64,000 nucleotides of DNA from Kosmotogaceae bacterium (GTDB lineage: Bacteria; Thermotogota; Thermotogae; Petrotogales; Kosmotogaceae). A program made the translations under genes and the position numbers. Below the pieces are notes generated by a model. It saw only the letters and a program-made list of their open reading frames with translations. It searched no databases and had not been told where the DNA came from. This document shows, piece after piece, positions 10,466 to 20,499 of the stretch; the stretch's first letter is position 1, and every line of letters starts with the position of its first letter. Location of the stretch: positions 3,541 through 67,540 of the forward strand of contig DAIMTK010000010.1 in NCBI GenBank assembly GCA_036728705.1. Direction: 5' to 3'.

Positions 10466-11425
10466 CTAACCGCTCTTTTTTTCAAGCTGTATTGAAAACT
10501 CCTTCATACCTGCTCTGAGCGACCACCGGTAATCGTAATCGTTTAGCGAACATTCAAAGAACATTTCGTTGACACCATTTCGATTGAGCCTTTCCAGAGA
10601 ATCTCCCAAAAGCTCTCTTCCTATTCCTCTTCTCCGGTACTCTTGATCTACAAAGATGAAGTCTAGATACCCTAGCAATTCGTATGTCATCAAATCGTCG
10701 AATATAGTATAAATGGCGAATCCGACGGGTTTTTCGCCATCCACACAGATTAGCAGAGTTGCTCCACTTTCTAGAACGAGGTTTAACCTGTAGAAAATCA
10801 TGCTGTAGTTTCTATTGGACAGTTCAGTGCGATTGAGATACTCCAGCGTATCTTGAACTCCCTGCGAAAACATCAGAAGATCTTTGGGAGTTCCCCTGAT
10901 TATGGAGAGACCGGTCGGTGGAGGAAGTGGCCGTGAGCTTCTGCATTCGATTTGCATACAGACTGTTTTCTCGATGAAGCCAGTTCTTTTTAGAAGCCAC
11001 CAGCCGGCCCCACCTCGATAAGTATTTGCAGTTACTGTTTTCATACCCTGTTCGTTCATTCTGGAAAGTGCTTCACCGAGCAGAAGCGATCCGAGTCCCC
11101 TTCGTCTGTGAAGCCTATCTATGAATATGTCGAAGATATGACCCCTACTTTCGACTTCTTCAGACTCTTTCTGCGGACCAAAGTGAATATAACCCACAAT
11201 CTCCTTCTCTTTACGAACGGCCACTATCCTGTCGCCAAAGCTCAGGAAGTCGTCATAGACGACCTCGATTGGTCTCAATCCTGACAGGGTATACCTGCCC
11301 GCACTGGACTCGGGGATCGCCATGTACATCCTCTTCTTTATTTCTTCAAGTTCTCCCTTTGTGGGTTCATAGAAATGGTAGTCCACGTTCTTCTTCCTTT
11401 CTTCAATACTTTGGCAGAGAGACAC
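10466..11425 (-). CDS. tandem-domain GNAT family N-acetyltransferase
   Basis: Two acetyl-CoA-binding-type motifs: DRLHRRRGLGSLLLGEAL and DQEYRRRGIGRELLGDSL. Confidence 0.75.
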   Translation of the reverse strand: MSLCQSIEERKKNVDYHFYEPTKGELEEIKKRMYMAIPESSAGRYTLSGLRPIEVVYDDFLSFGDRIVAVRKEKEIVGYIHFGPQKESEEVESRGHIFDIFIDRLHRRRGLGSLLLGEALSRMNEQGMKTVTANTYRGGAGWWLLKRTGFIEKTVCMQIECRSSRPLPPPTGLSIIRGTPKDLLMFSQGVQDTLEYLNRTELSNRNYSMIFYRLNLVLESGATLLICVDGEKPVGFAIYTIFDDLMTYELLGYLDFIFVDQEYRRRGIGRELLGDSLERLNRNGVNEMFFECSLNDYDYRWSLRAGMKEFSIQLEKKSG

Positions 11426-11474
11426 ATTTTTGGCTCAAGTACTGTATGATAATAATAACTAATATACTGGAGGT

Positions 11475-12365
11475 GTGGTAGTGAAAAAGATAATCACCGT
11501 ATCTGTTATTGTTCTCTTTGCTCTAATTTCCTTTGCACAGTCGGAATTCATGATCTCGATGACGGCTTCCGACTTCGGTATCAGAGGTCCGGTAAGAACC
11601 GTGAAAGCCGTATATCCAGAAGACGATATGGATTTCGAAGATGATGAATACATTCTCCCCGCTTACAGCGTTCAGACATTCGATACGGCCGGGAACCTCA
11701 TTTCGGAAATTTCATACGACAAAGATGGAAACGAGATCAACGCAATGCTATTCAACTACGAGAATGGTATTCTGGTTTCCCTTACCGGCCGTGAAGGCGG
11801 AGTTGAACAGGCTATTGGCGAAGTCGTGATTGAAAATGGCAAGATTGTCTCGATTACGGTAGATGATATTGAGGGCGAATCGGTAGTCGCTATGGAATAT
11901 GACGAAAAGGGCAGACTCATAGCGCAGAGAATATCCGGTATTAGCGAAGGCATGGAAATGGAGTTCGCAATCACCTTCAAGTATGACGACAACGACAACC
12001 TGATTGAAGAAGCGCTTGAGATGATGGGCATGCTCCTATCCAAGACTGTCTACGTGTTTGAGAACAATCTCAAGGTTGAACAGCTTGAGTACATGTATAT
12101 GTTTGCTGAACCAGGCACAGAACCGGATCCGATCTCTTCGGTATTCGAGTACAATGAAATGGGCGACGTTGCGAGAAAGATCAGCGACAGTTACTGGGGC
12201 GAGGAAAAGGAAGTCTCGGTCTTCGAATACGTCTATGATTCCATGGGCAACTACATATACAAGGTCGAGTTCTATGTCTTCAGTCTGGAAGACCTCGAAG
12301 ACGAGAACTGGAAGGACTCTGCGATGATCATGCAGGAGGAAACACGAGAAATCGAGTACTATTGA
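11475..12365 (+). CDS. secreted hypothetical protein with YD/RHS-like repeat signatures
   Basis: Signal-peptide-like N-terminus (VKKIITVSVIVLFALISFAQS). Recurring Y-D-x-x-G-N/R motifs: SYDKDGNEI, EYDEKGRLI, KYDDNDNLI, VYDSMGNYI. GTG start behind GGAGGTG. Confidence 0.6.
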   Translation: MVVKKIITVSVIVLFALISFAQSEFMISMTASDFGIRGPVRTVKAVYPEDDMDFEDDEYILPAYSVQTFDTAGNLISEISYDKDGNEINAMLFNYENGILVSLTGREGGVEQAIGEVVIENGKIVSITVDDIEGESVVAMEYDEKGRLIAQRISGISEGMEMEFAITFKYDDNDNLIEEALEMMGMLLSKTVYVFENNLKVEQLEYMYMFAEPGTEPDPISSVFEYNEMGDVARKISDSYWGEEKEVSVFEYVYDSMGNYIYKVEFYVFSLEDLEDENWKDSAMIMQEETREIEYY

Positions 12366-12383
12366 TAGAGAACATCGACTAAA

Positions 12384-12409
12384 AGAGGGCGGAAACGCCC
12401 TCTTTTTTT
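12384..12409 (+). terminator. Rho-independent terminator
   Basis: GAGGGCG-GAAA-CGCCCTC stem-loop followed by T7. Confidence 0.85.
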
Positions 12410-12662
12410 GCAGTAATTATCCCTTTTTTTGGTAGTCTTCAGAAGGACTCTGCAAATCTTTCTTATGAACTTGATAGCAAGAAAGGCTTAATATCTCGAT
12501 TCCAAAGTATCTTCCAGTACACTAAGTTGTAAACGATAGAGTCTTACGTTTGATATAGATTGGCACCCTCTGAGCATATAATTGTTAGGACAAGATGATT
12601 GTGGTTGATATAGAGTCCGTATAGGATAATGATGATCTTCGTATCAAGGGGAAGGTGATGCT

Positions 12663-13910
12663 ATGCGGTTCAAAAGAGCAGCTTTGATACTAACTCTTGT
12701 CTCGATAACTTTACTCATACTTTCTGCGTGTATTCCGAAAGATCCGGTTGAAGTAGCCACAAAGAAATTCATTGATTTCATAAAAAGTGAAGGCGAGCCC
12801 GATGATCCATTTACTGGTGTCTTGCTTGCCGAAGTCGAGGTTGGAGATGTCATAACTTCGGAGACCGCCGAAGGAAATACGGAGTTCCAGTTCCAGCTTC
12901 AGGGGCTGGACCAGGCAGGATGGCTCTTCTATCTCGACGAAGCGCCTGGCGCCTTTTATGACCATCCGGGAAGACTGGTAGTCGTAAACAAGAACAGACA
13001 GATTATCTTCGATGAGAAGATTCAGGGCGTTCCAAAGGTCAACAATAACATTCCAGGACCTATTCTTGTGCGCACCCAGTATATCTCTGCAATAATCTGG
13101 GATAAATCGAAGATCGTACTCTTACCCATTGGAGATTGGATCGATATAATCATCGCAAGGATTATTCGTAAGGGCGCGGTTATAACCAGTGGACTCACTC
13201 CATCTCAGAGTCTCTATGCGGAGGCGAGAGATGCCCGAAATCTCATGTCAACGTCGTTCAAGACTTTGATGGGGACAGATAAGGTAAGAGATGTGAGGTA
13301 TGTCGCCGGAGCGGCAGCACCTAACTGGACGGCAGTTCAAAACGCTATGAACGATCTTATAGTCAATGAGAAAATCAACCACATGACACTCTACTTTATC
13401 GCACACGGTAATATAAACCTGATGAACCTTGGAGGAACGACGTTCTACGCTTCGCAGTTGAGAAGTTATATTCAGGAGCATGCGAATGTCACGTTCTGCA
13501 TAATAATCGAATCGTGCCATGCAGGAAGCTGGCTTGATGGCTTAAAGTCCGGTGGAGTGATGCCTGCAAACATCGAGATCGCGATCACAACCACAAGTGC
13601 TTCGAAGAGTGCCTATCCAGACTGGGATCATGTTGGTGGTGTCGTTGTAGATCATAATCCATCAGATCAATATGTCGAATGGTCTGGAGATTTCCTTCAA
13701 AAGATGGCCTTCTTTACAAGTGACACTTGGTGGCCGACTGTTGAGACCTACGCAACAACCAAGAAGATAAGCGATATCGCCGCCCTCCTCTACAAGTGCT
13801 TCACGTCTATCAAGGGCGGAAGTCCCCAGACTACATCTTGGACTCTTACGGAAAGAACTATAGCGGGTTTTAAACAGGACCCGATGGTCTATACCAAATG
13901 GACTCCTTAA
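12663..13910 (+). CDS. lipoprotein with clan-CD (caspase/legumain/gingipain-like) cysteine peptidase signature
   Basis: Lipobox LILSAC. His-Gly at codon 248 (YFIAHGN) and Cys at codon 285 (IIIESCHAGSW), each preceded by a hydrophobic beta-strand, 37 residues apart. Confidence 0.55.
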   Translation: MRFKRAALILTLVSITLLILSACIPKDPVEVATKKFIDFIKSEGEPDDPFTGVLLAEVEVGDVITSETAEGNTEFQFQLQGLDQAGWLFYLDEAPGAFYDHPGRLVVVNKNRQIIFDEKIQGVPKVNNNIPGPILVRTQYISAIIWDKSKIVLLPIGDWIDIIIARIIRKGAVITSGLTPSQSLYAEARDARNLMSTSFKTLMGTDKVRDVRYVAGAAAPNWTAVQNAMNDLIVNEKINHMTLYFIAHGNINLMNLGGTTFYASQLRSYIQEHANVTFCIIIESCHAGSWLDGLKSGGVMPANIEIAITTTSASKSAYPDWDHVGGVVVDHNPSDQYVEWSGDFLQKMAFFTSDTWWPTVETYATTKKISDIAALLYKCFTSIKGGSPQTTSWTLTERTIAGFKQDPMVYTKWTP

Positions 13911-13937
13911 ACTTCTGAAGACGGTTTTTTATGAAAA

Positions 13938-13966
13938 AGAGCGGGAGAATAACCCGCTCTTTTTTT
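13938..13966 (+). terminator. Rho-independent terminator
   Basis: AGAGCGGG / CCCGCTCT 8-bp stem followed by T6. Confidence 0.85.
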
Positions 13967-13973
13967 GTGGAGT

Positions 13974-14003
13974 TTGCATTTGGTGCAGCATCTCTGGTAT
14001 AAT
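13974..14003 (+). promoter_or_regulatory. sigma70-type promoter of the aldolase/SorC operon
   Basis: TTGCAT-N18-TATAAT, with an extended -10 (TGg) directly upstream of the -10 box. An imperfect inverted repeat ACACTTGT...ACAAATGTGT lies just downstream. Confidence 0.5.
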
Positions 14004-14020
14004 TATTATGAACACTTGTT

Positions 14021-14788
14021 ATGCACAAATGTGTATTTAAGATAGGAGATGTGATTATCTTGACCGGACTGGCGAGAAACACCGCAAAGCTCTTCTCAAA
14101 TGACGGGAAACTCTTTATAGTCGCTCTAGATCATCCACAATTCTTCGGACCGATGGAGGGACTTGAAAGACCGCTGGAGATACTGGAAAGACTCGCTTCA
14201 ACCGTTGCCGACGGCTTCATTGTCAATCCCGGTTTGATAAAGCTAATGGACCCGGATCTTGTGGCGGCCAAGAAGCTTATCGTGCGCTCATCTCTTGGCG
14301 GAAGCAAGTTTTCAGACTACAAGACAGTGCATCCAATAGTTTTCGGGGCAGATACTCTTGTCAACTATGGTGCAGATGCAGCAATTGTGATGCTTATTCT
14401 CGGAAGTCACGATTACGATTCCATGGAGAACGTCGCCAGAGCAATAGAGGAGTACCATTCGCTGTCGGTTCCTGTAATTGTAGAGATTCTGGCTGAGGAT
14501 TTCTCGAAAACGAGCGATCCCGAACTGGTTAGAACTGGAGCCCGAATAGCGGCCGAATTGGGAGCTGATGTTCTAAAGGTCTTCTTCACTGAAGACTTTT
14601 CCAGTGTCATTGAGGGTTGCCCTGTGCCGGTAATACTGGCTGGAGGCCCGAAGAACCTCGACGTTCTCTCGATGGCCAAAAGCGCGAAGGAGTCTGGAGC
14701 AAAGGGACTAGCATTTGGAAGAAACGTCTTCCAGAGTGCAGATCCCGTGAGTCTTGTTTCTGAACTTGACAGAGTATTGAGAGGGTGA
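14021..14788 (+). CDS. class I aldolase, DhnA/LsrF/DeoC-LacD family
   Basis: LFIVALDHP..., GADVLKVFF (Schiff-base Lys context), ILAGGPK and AFGRNVFQ. The in-frame TTG at 14060, behind AGGAG, may be the real start. Confidence 0.8.
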   Translation: MHKCVFKIGDVIILTGLARNTAKLFSNDGKLFIVALDHPQFFGPMEGLERPLEILERLASTVADGFIVNPGLIKLMDPDLVAAKKLIVRSSLGGSKFSDYKTVHPIVFGADTLVNYGADAAIVMLILGSHDYDSMENVARAIEEYHSLSVPVIVEILAEDFSKTSDPELVRTGARIAAELGADVLKVFFTEDFSSVIEGCPVPVILAGGPKNLDVLSMAKSAKESGAKGLAFGRNVFQSADPVSLVSELDRVLRG

Positions 14789-15768
14789 TTCAAATACCAA
14801 GATCTCTTGATGATTCTTTGATGCACAGAATAGCCGTCATGTATTATATCGAGAATCTCAGCCAGGAACAGATCTCAGTCAGAGTTGATCTGTCAAGACC
14901 TCAGATTTCGAGATACCTGAAACGCGCCAGAGAAGTAGGTATGGTCGAGATCAAAATAAACGAACCGCATGATGAAAAACTTGATGAGCTCGCATCTGGT
15001 ATCAAAAGAATTCTCGGTCTTCAAGAGGTTGTCATTGCACCGCTTGGAAGAGGAAGGAGCGGAGTGTTTCCGGAGTTGCTTGATTCAATTGCGGCCAGAG
15101 CCAGTTCCTTTCTGCCGTCTTTGATTTCTGATTCAAACGTAATCGGTGTAGGCTGGGGAAGAACTCTATATAAGACTGTTCTCCTGGTTGACAATCACGA
15201 GCAATATGCGTTGCACAAAGACAAGCTCTTTGTTCCGCTAATTGGCGGTATAGGTCAGACTGCCCCCTTTTATCAAGTGAACAATATGGTTGACAGGCTT
15301 GCCGAGAAGTTCGGGGCCAGGAGAGTGTTCTTCAATCTCCCTGCTTTTGTGAACGGGGGAGAGATTTACCGTCAAGATCTTTCGCCGAATTCCCTGAGCG
15401 TCATAGAAGAACATTGGGCAAAGCTAGATCTGGCTATTGTCGGTCTTGGAACACCCAGGGGAGCTCTCACGGCTGAGATAGAGACTTCCATTCTGGAGAA
15501 GCTCAGATCTCAGGGAGCAGTCGGCGATATTCTCGGTCAGTTTCTAGACGTCGAGGGTAAAATTTGCGAATCTGGCATGGAAGAAAACCTTGCCGGTTTG
15601 CCGATATCGAGATTGAAGAAGGTAAAGAGAGTAGTCTGTCTTTCCGGCGGAAAGGAAAAAGTCAACGGAATAGTCGTCGCTGCTCGGGCAGGTTATTTCA
15701 ATATTCTGATTACTGATGAGTTCACAGCCAGAAGTATTCTGGAAATCACAGGAGGCGATTGTGGATGA
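14785..15768 (+). CDS. SorC/DeoR-type sugar-binding transcriptional regulator
   Basis: N-terminal HTH (IAVMYYIENLSQEQISVRVDLSRPQISRYLKRARE) plus a SorC sugar-phosphate-binding domain. ATG at 14821 is the likely start. Confidence 0.85.
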   Translation: MIQIPRSLDDSLMHRIAVMYYIENLSQEQISVRVDLSRPQISRYLKRAREVGMVEIKINEPHDEKLDELASGIKRILGLQEVVIAPLGRGRSGVFPELLDSIAARASSFLPSLISDSNVIGVGWGRTLYKTVLLVDNHEQYALHKDKLFVPLIGGIGQTAPFYQVNNMVDRLAEKFGARRVFFNLPAFVNGGEIYRQDLSPNSLSVIEEHWAKLDLAIVGLGTPRGALTAEIETSILEKLRSQGAVGDILGQFLDVEGKICESGMEENLAGLPISRLKKVKRVVCLSGGKEKVNGIVVAARAGYFNILITDEFTARSILEITGGDCG

Positions 15769-16724
15769 AGGCGCTCTTCTATCTCGGTCCGGAAAGGCTT
15801 GAACTGAGAGAGATTGGGAAACCGAAGGGTGATGTGGTCATAAAAATTCTAGGCGCGGGTGTCTGCGGAACGGATTTGAAGACTTATCTGAAGGGCCATC
15901 CTATGTTCAAACCGCCAACAATACTGGGACACGAATGTTACGGAAAGATAGTCGAGCTCAATGTTGATATGAAGAGCCTCGAAGTGGGTGACACAGTCGC
16001 TGTCGCTCCATATGCAGAATGTGGCAAGTGCGACCTCTGTGAAACTGGTGTTCCAGAGCTCTGCAAGTCGAAGACATATTTGGAGACCGGATGCTTTACC
16101 CAATACATTGCCGTGTCACGTGAGCATGCATCTAGAGCTCTCTTCAAGGTCACAGATGATCCCGCACAAATCCTTGCCGAGCCTCTCGCATGTGTCTTCA
16201 ACGGATTCGAGAAGCTAAGAGTGAAACCCAGGAGATTGCTTGTAGTCGGTGGTGGTCCGATGGGTGTCTTGTTTGCACTTCTCGGAGTCTCTGAGGGGTG
16301 TGAGACCTTTGTGATAGAGAAGTCCGCCTGGCGACTTGAGCACATCAGAAGTCTTGGGATCGAAGCGGCAGACACACCTCCCGAAGGGCTTTTCGACGGC
16401 ATTATCTTTGCCGTCAATATTCCTGAGCTCGTAGGACAGTACACGCGGCTTGCCAATGACGGCGGAAGCCTTCTTCTCTTCAGCGGTTACCCGAAGGACT
16501 CACTGATCGAAGTAGACTCATACGCAGTCCATTACAGAGAGGTGAGTGTGGTCGGTAGTTTCGGCTTTGCGTTGAAGCACTTCGAAAGGGCTGTAGAAAC
16601 GCTTTCATCTCAGGTTGAGCTCTTCAGGAGACTTATGACCCATAGATTCGACCTGGAGAACGCGCCGAAGGCCTTCGAGATTCTGAGCAAGGGTGAAGCC
16701 ATGAAAGTTTTCTTCGGGATGTGA
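15765..16724 (+). CDS. zinc-binding medium-chain alcohol/polyol dehydrogenase
   Basis: GVCGTDL, GHECYG, and structural-Zn cysteines CGKCDLCETG...C. Rossmann motif VVGGGPMG. ATG at 15765 lies 9 nt after GGAGG. Confidence 0.85.
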   Translation: MKALFYLGPERLELREIGKPKGDVVIKILGAGVCGTDLKTYLKGHPMFKPPTILGHECYGKIVELNVDMKSLEVGDTVAVAPYAECGKCDLCETGVPELCKSKTYLETGCFTQYIAVSREHASRALFKVTDDPAQILAEPLACVFNGFEKLRVKPRRLLVVGGGPMGVLFALLGVSEGCETFVIEKSAWRLEHIRSLGIEAADTPPEGLFDGIIFAVNIPELVGQYTRLANDGGSLLLFSGYPKDSLIEVDSYAVHYREVSVVGSFGFALKHFERAVETLSSQVELFRRLMTHRFDLENAPKAFEILSKGEAMKVFFGM

Positions 16725-17632
16725 GTGAGAATATGGTGAAGAGAATCCGGCCCAGGTACAAAGCCAGAGAGGTTGCAGTAGCATTTGTTTGTCTCTCCCC
16801 CGCTCTCTTTTTGGCGACGGTCTTCGTAGTAATCCCTCTGGTTAACGTCATTTATCTGAGTTTCACCAACTGGGACCTTCTGAGGGCCACAAAGAGGTTC
16901 ATAGGGTTCAGTAATTACCAGTACATTTTCAAAGATGAGAAATTCCTTAAGTCAATGCTGAACACTCTCTACTTCGCTGCCGTGAAAATTCCTTTGGACC
17001 TGGTTGTGTCACTCTTCATCGCCAGGCTTCTTGATCGAAAGATCTTTGCGAGAAGATTCCTGAGAGCTTCGTATTTCGCCCCGGTCGTTCTTCCGATGGT
17101 CGCCGCATCGCTCATCTGGATATGGATTTACGACCCTTCACTTGGACCTCTGAATCAGATACTGTCTCTCTTTGGAATCAGGCCTATCCGCTGGCTATAC
17201 GATCCCGAGTGGGCTATGCCTTCAGTGATCTTCTTCGCATTGTGGAAGGGCCTGGGTTACGACATAGTGATCTTTCTCGCCGGCCTTCAGGCAATACCGG
17301 AGACTTACGCCGAAGCTGCAAAGATAGACGGTGCAAGCGAGCGGAGAATATTCTTCAAAATAACCTTACCCCTCCTCTCGCCGGTAATTTACTTCGTGAT
17401 TCTGATGGGGATAATCAACTCCTTCAAGATATTCACACCAATTTCCGTCATGACCCCGAACGGAGGCCCTCTTTACAGTACCGGAGTTATGGTCTTTTAT
17501 ATCTACCAGCAGGCCTTCCAGAGCTTCAAGATCGGCAGGGCTTCGGCTGCCGCCGTCGTATTGTTCCTTATGATACTCTCGCTGACTTGGGTCCAGAGGA
17601 AAGCCGGTAGTAAGAGGGTGATCTACGAATGA
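16721..17632 (+). CDS. carbohydrate ABC transporter permease (CUT1, MalF/UgpA-like)
   Basis: EAA loop AAKIDGASERRIFFKITLPLL; six TM helices. Confidence 0.9.
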   Translation: MSENMVKRIRPRYKAREVAVAFVCLSPALFLATVFVVIPLVNVIYLSFTNWDLLRATKRFIGFSNYQYIFKDEKFLKSMLNTLYFAAVKIPLDLVVSLFIARLLDRKIFARRFLRASYFAPVVLPMVAASLIWIWIYDPSLGPLNQILSLFGIRPIRWLYDPEWAMPSVIFFALWKGLGYDIVIFLAGLQAIPETYAEAAKIDGASERRIFFKITLPLLSPVIYFVILMGIINSFKIFTPISVMTPNGGPLYSTGVMVFYIYQQAFQSFKIGRASAAAVVLFLMILSLTWVQRKAGSKRVIYE

Positions 17633-18468
17633 AGAATGGAGTACTTAAGGCCGAGCGCAGAAGAAATCGGATTGCCTTCATAATACTTCTTGTGGGGCTT
17701 TTCGCGATGCTCTTTCCGTTCTTCTGGATGATTCTATCAGCTTTCAAGACTCAGGCGGATGTCTATTCCTATCCCCCCAAGTGGCTTCCCAGTTCTTGGA
17801 GTCTCGATAACTTCGCGCGGGTCTTCAAGATGGTTCCATTCGGGAGATACTATTTCAACAGCATATTGGTCACAACATTATCGACTGTAGGTCAGATATT
17901 CGTATCGATACTTGCAGCTTATTCTCTGGCGAGATTGAGGTTTCCCTTCAAAAACCTGATCTTCATGTTTGTCGTCGCGACCATGCTTATGCCATTTGTC
18001 GTCACTATGATTCCTACCTTCTTGATAATCAGCAGTCTGAAATGGATCGATAGTTATCAGGGGCTGATCGTTCCGTTTCTGTTTAACGGGTTCTCAATAA
18101 TCTTTCTTGTACAGTTTTTCATAACCGTTCCGATGGATCTGCAAGATGCGGCGCGCATAGATGGCTGCGGTTACTTCGGCATACTCTTTAACGTTATACT
18201 GCCTAACACCAAACCGGCTATATCCACGATCGCGCTCTTCACCTTTCTCGGACACTGGACAGAGTATCTATGGCCCCTGATAGTCATAAATACTACCGAT
18301 ATGCGCACGCTTCCGATAGGTTTGAGATATCTTATGACTGAGGGAAGCAGCGACTACCAGCTAATGATGGCGGCTTCAGTGATGGCTATTGTACCGGTAC
18401 TTATCGTATACATGTTCTCCGAGAAGCAATTCATTAAGTCTATAACAATGACAGGACTGAAATCCTGA
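17629..18468 (+). CDS. carbohydrate ABC transporter permease (CUT1, MalG/UgpE-like)
   Basis: EAA loop AARIDGCGYFGILFNVILPN. There is a 4-nt overlap with the upstream permease. Confidence 0.9.
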   Translation: MKNGVLKAERRRNRIAFIILLVGLFAMLFPFFWMILSAFKTQADVYSYPPKWLPSSWSLDNFARVFKMVPFGRYYFNSILVTTLSTVGQIFVSILAAYSLARLRFPFKNLIFMFVVATMLMPFVVTMIPTFLIISSLKWIDSYQGLIVPFLFNGFSIIFLVQFFITVPMDLQDAARIDGCGYFGILFNVILPNTKPAISTIALFTFLGHWTEYLWPLIVINTTDMRTLPIGLRYLMTEGSSDYQLMMAASVMAIVPVLIVYMFSEKQFIKSITMTGLKS

Positions 18469-18481
18469 AGGGGGTGTTTTT

Positions 18482-19720
18482 GTGAAGAAAGTACTGCTGT
18501 GTATCTTGGTAGTCTCAGTAGCGGTTCTTACTATGGCCGTTACCGAGATAACGTTCTGGTATGCCCTGAGCGGTGTATCTGGAGAGTCTATCAAGGCAAT
18601 AGTCGAAGAGTTCAACACCAGTCAAAACGATGTTCTGGTCAAGCTTGTCTATTCAGGAAACTATGCCGATACCGCCCAGAAGATCACTGCGGCTCTCGCA
18701 GCCAATACACTGCCAAATGGAGGCATAATACCTGCCGGGCCGATCTTCACCGGCGCGAGGGGGAACTTCGTCCTTCTCGATTACATACTTAAGGATCCCG
18801 AATTTGACATGGATGATTTCTACCCGGCGATGTGGGATTACTCGAAGTACGAAGGAAAGATCTGCGCAGTTCCGTTCAACATAAGTACGCCCGTCTTTTA
18901 CTATAACAAAGACCTTATGAGAGCTTCGGGACTGGATCCGGACAATCCTCCGCAGACCTGGGAAGAGCTGCTTGAAGCGGCAAAGGCCATAACTAGGGAC
19001 ACAAACAACGACGGTATACCCGATATCTGGGGAGTCGATATGGCCGATACTCCGTGGATCTTCAAAGCCTTTCTGCTTCAAAATGAAAATGAAATCATCG
19101 ACGTATCGACGATGACTCCTCTATTCGATAATCAGCGGGGAATAGAGGCCGCACAGTTCTGGAAGAGACTAATCGACGAGAAGGCTATGGCCATTGGTCA
19201 GCATTCGCTCGCCGAGAAAATGTTCCTTGGAGGGACTCTGGGATTCTATATGGGTAGTTCCAACAGGATCGGAAGATGGCAGGGAACGACGAGCTTCGAA
19301 TTTGGAGCCGCTTTCCTTCCAGCCGGCAAGGTGAGAGCAATACCCATCGGAGGAGCCGTGGCAGTTCTATTCCCGAAGACGGCGAAAGAGGACGAAGCGA
19401 CCTACAGGCTGATAAAGTGGTTGACCACGAGCGAGAACGCAGCGAAGTTCGCAATCGAGACCGGCTATCTGCCTACGAGAAGATCCTCGCTTGAATTACC
19501 CATGACTCAGGAATTCATGGCCTCTACTCCTATGTGGAGAACAGCATTCGAACAGATGGAGTTTGCATTCGCGTACTGGCACTTCAACGAGATGGGAACC
19601 ATGGACAGCCTCATATGGGAAGCTCTGGAGAAGATTGAGAGAAACGTAATGTCTCCGGCCGACGCGATGAAGTGGCTGTCGAAAGAACTTAAGGCCGAGA
19701 TAGAGGCGAATCTGGAATGA
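18482..19720 (+). CDS. ABC transporter extracellular solute-binding protein, family 1
   Basis: Signal peptide, then EITFWYALSG...; typical CUT1 SBP length and motifs. GTG start. Confidence 0.9.
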   Translation: MKKVLLCILVVSVAVLTMAVTEITFWYALSGVSGESIKAIVEEFNTSQNDVLVKLVYSGNYADTAQKITAALAANTLPNGGIIPAGPIFTGARGNFVLLDYILKDPEFDMDDFYPAMWDYSKYEGKICAVPFNISTPVFYYNKDLMRASGLDPDNPPQTWEELLEAAKAITRDTNNDGIPDIWGVDMADTPWIFKAFLLQNENEIIDVSTMTPLFDNQRGIEAAQFWKRLIDEKAMAIGQHSLAEKMFLGGTLGFYMGSSNRIGRWQGTTSFEFGAAFLPAGKVRAIPIGGAVAVLFPKTAKEDEATYRLIKWLTTSENAAKFAIETGYLPTRRSSLELPMTQEFMASTPMWRTAFEQMEFAFAYWHFNEMGTMDSLIWEALEKIERNVMSPADAMKWLSKELKAEIEANLE

Positions 19721-20487
19721 GAATCTCCTTCTCTACCGCTGCCCTTTATCCCAGACCAACTCTGGAAGCGCTCACGATGATTGGAAAGAGCGGTTTTCGT
19801 GAGGCCGAGCTGATGCCGCAGTGCCTTGAAGAGACGAAACCGGCCTTTGCGCGAAAGGCTTTAGAAACTGGAATAAAGGTCAGTTCGATTCATTTCCCGC
19901 TGGTATTCTTCTCCCTTCTGTATAACCCTTACCCGGGAATGATAAGAGAAGCCAGGAATATGGCAGATGAACTGGCCGCTTCTGCAGAGATTCTTCGCAG
20001 TGAGATAGTAGTTGTACATGCACTACCGAAGATGGATAGTCAAAAAGCGAATCTCTTTGAACAGCCGGTTCTTGACAATTTGAGATACCTTGCCGACAGA
20101 CTTGAAATGTCCGGAGTAAGATTGGCCGTCGAAAACAACCCGAATACGCTGGCAGACACAGCCGGCGGACTGATAGGTTTTGTGAAGACTCTGGCTCACA
20201 GAAACGTTGGCCCGATGGTCGATACTACTGAGGCATGGGAGGCAGGAATCGATCCGGCCAGTTTCATCCGCAGCGTTAAGCCGATACATCTACATCTGAG
20301 CGACCATTCGGGTGAGCAGAAGCATGTTCCGGCGGGAAAGGGCGAGGGCGATTGGAAGAGAATCATAAACACTCTTAGAGAGCTAGGCTACTCTGGGATC
20401 TATGTGTTAGAACCGGCCTATAAGAACTATCTCGAGACTACCGAGAAAGAACTGCAGAAGGACCGAGAGTTTCTAACTTCGCTGTGA
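19717..20487 (+). CDS. sugar phosphate isomerase/epimerase (xylose-isomerase-like TIM barrel)
   Basis: SSIHFPL, VVVHA, LAVENNP, and IHLHLSDH...HVPAGKGEGDW. Confidence 0.8.
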   Translation: MRISFSTAALYPRPTLEALTMIGKSGFREAELMPQCLEETKPAFARKALETGIKVSSIHFPLVFFSLLYNPYPGMIREARNMADELAASAEILRSEIVVVHALPKMDSQKANLFEQPVLDNLRYLADRLEMSGVRLAVENNPNTLADTAGGLIGFVKTLAHRNVGPMVDTTEAWEAGIDPASFIRSVKPIHLHLSDHSGEQKHVPAGKGEGDWKRIINTLRELGYSGIYVLEPAYKNYLETTEKELQKDREFLTSL

Positions 20488-20499
20488 TGGAGTCTGTTG

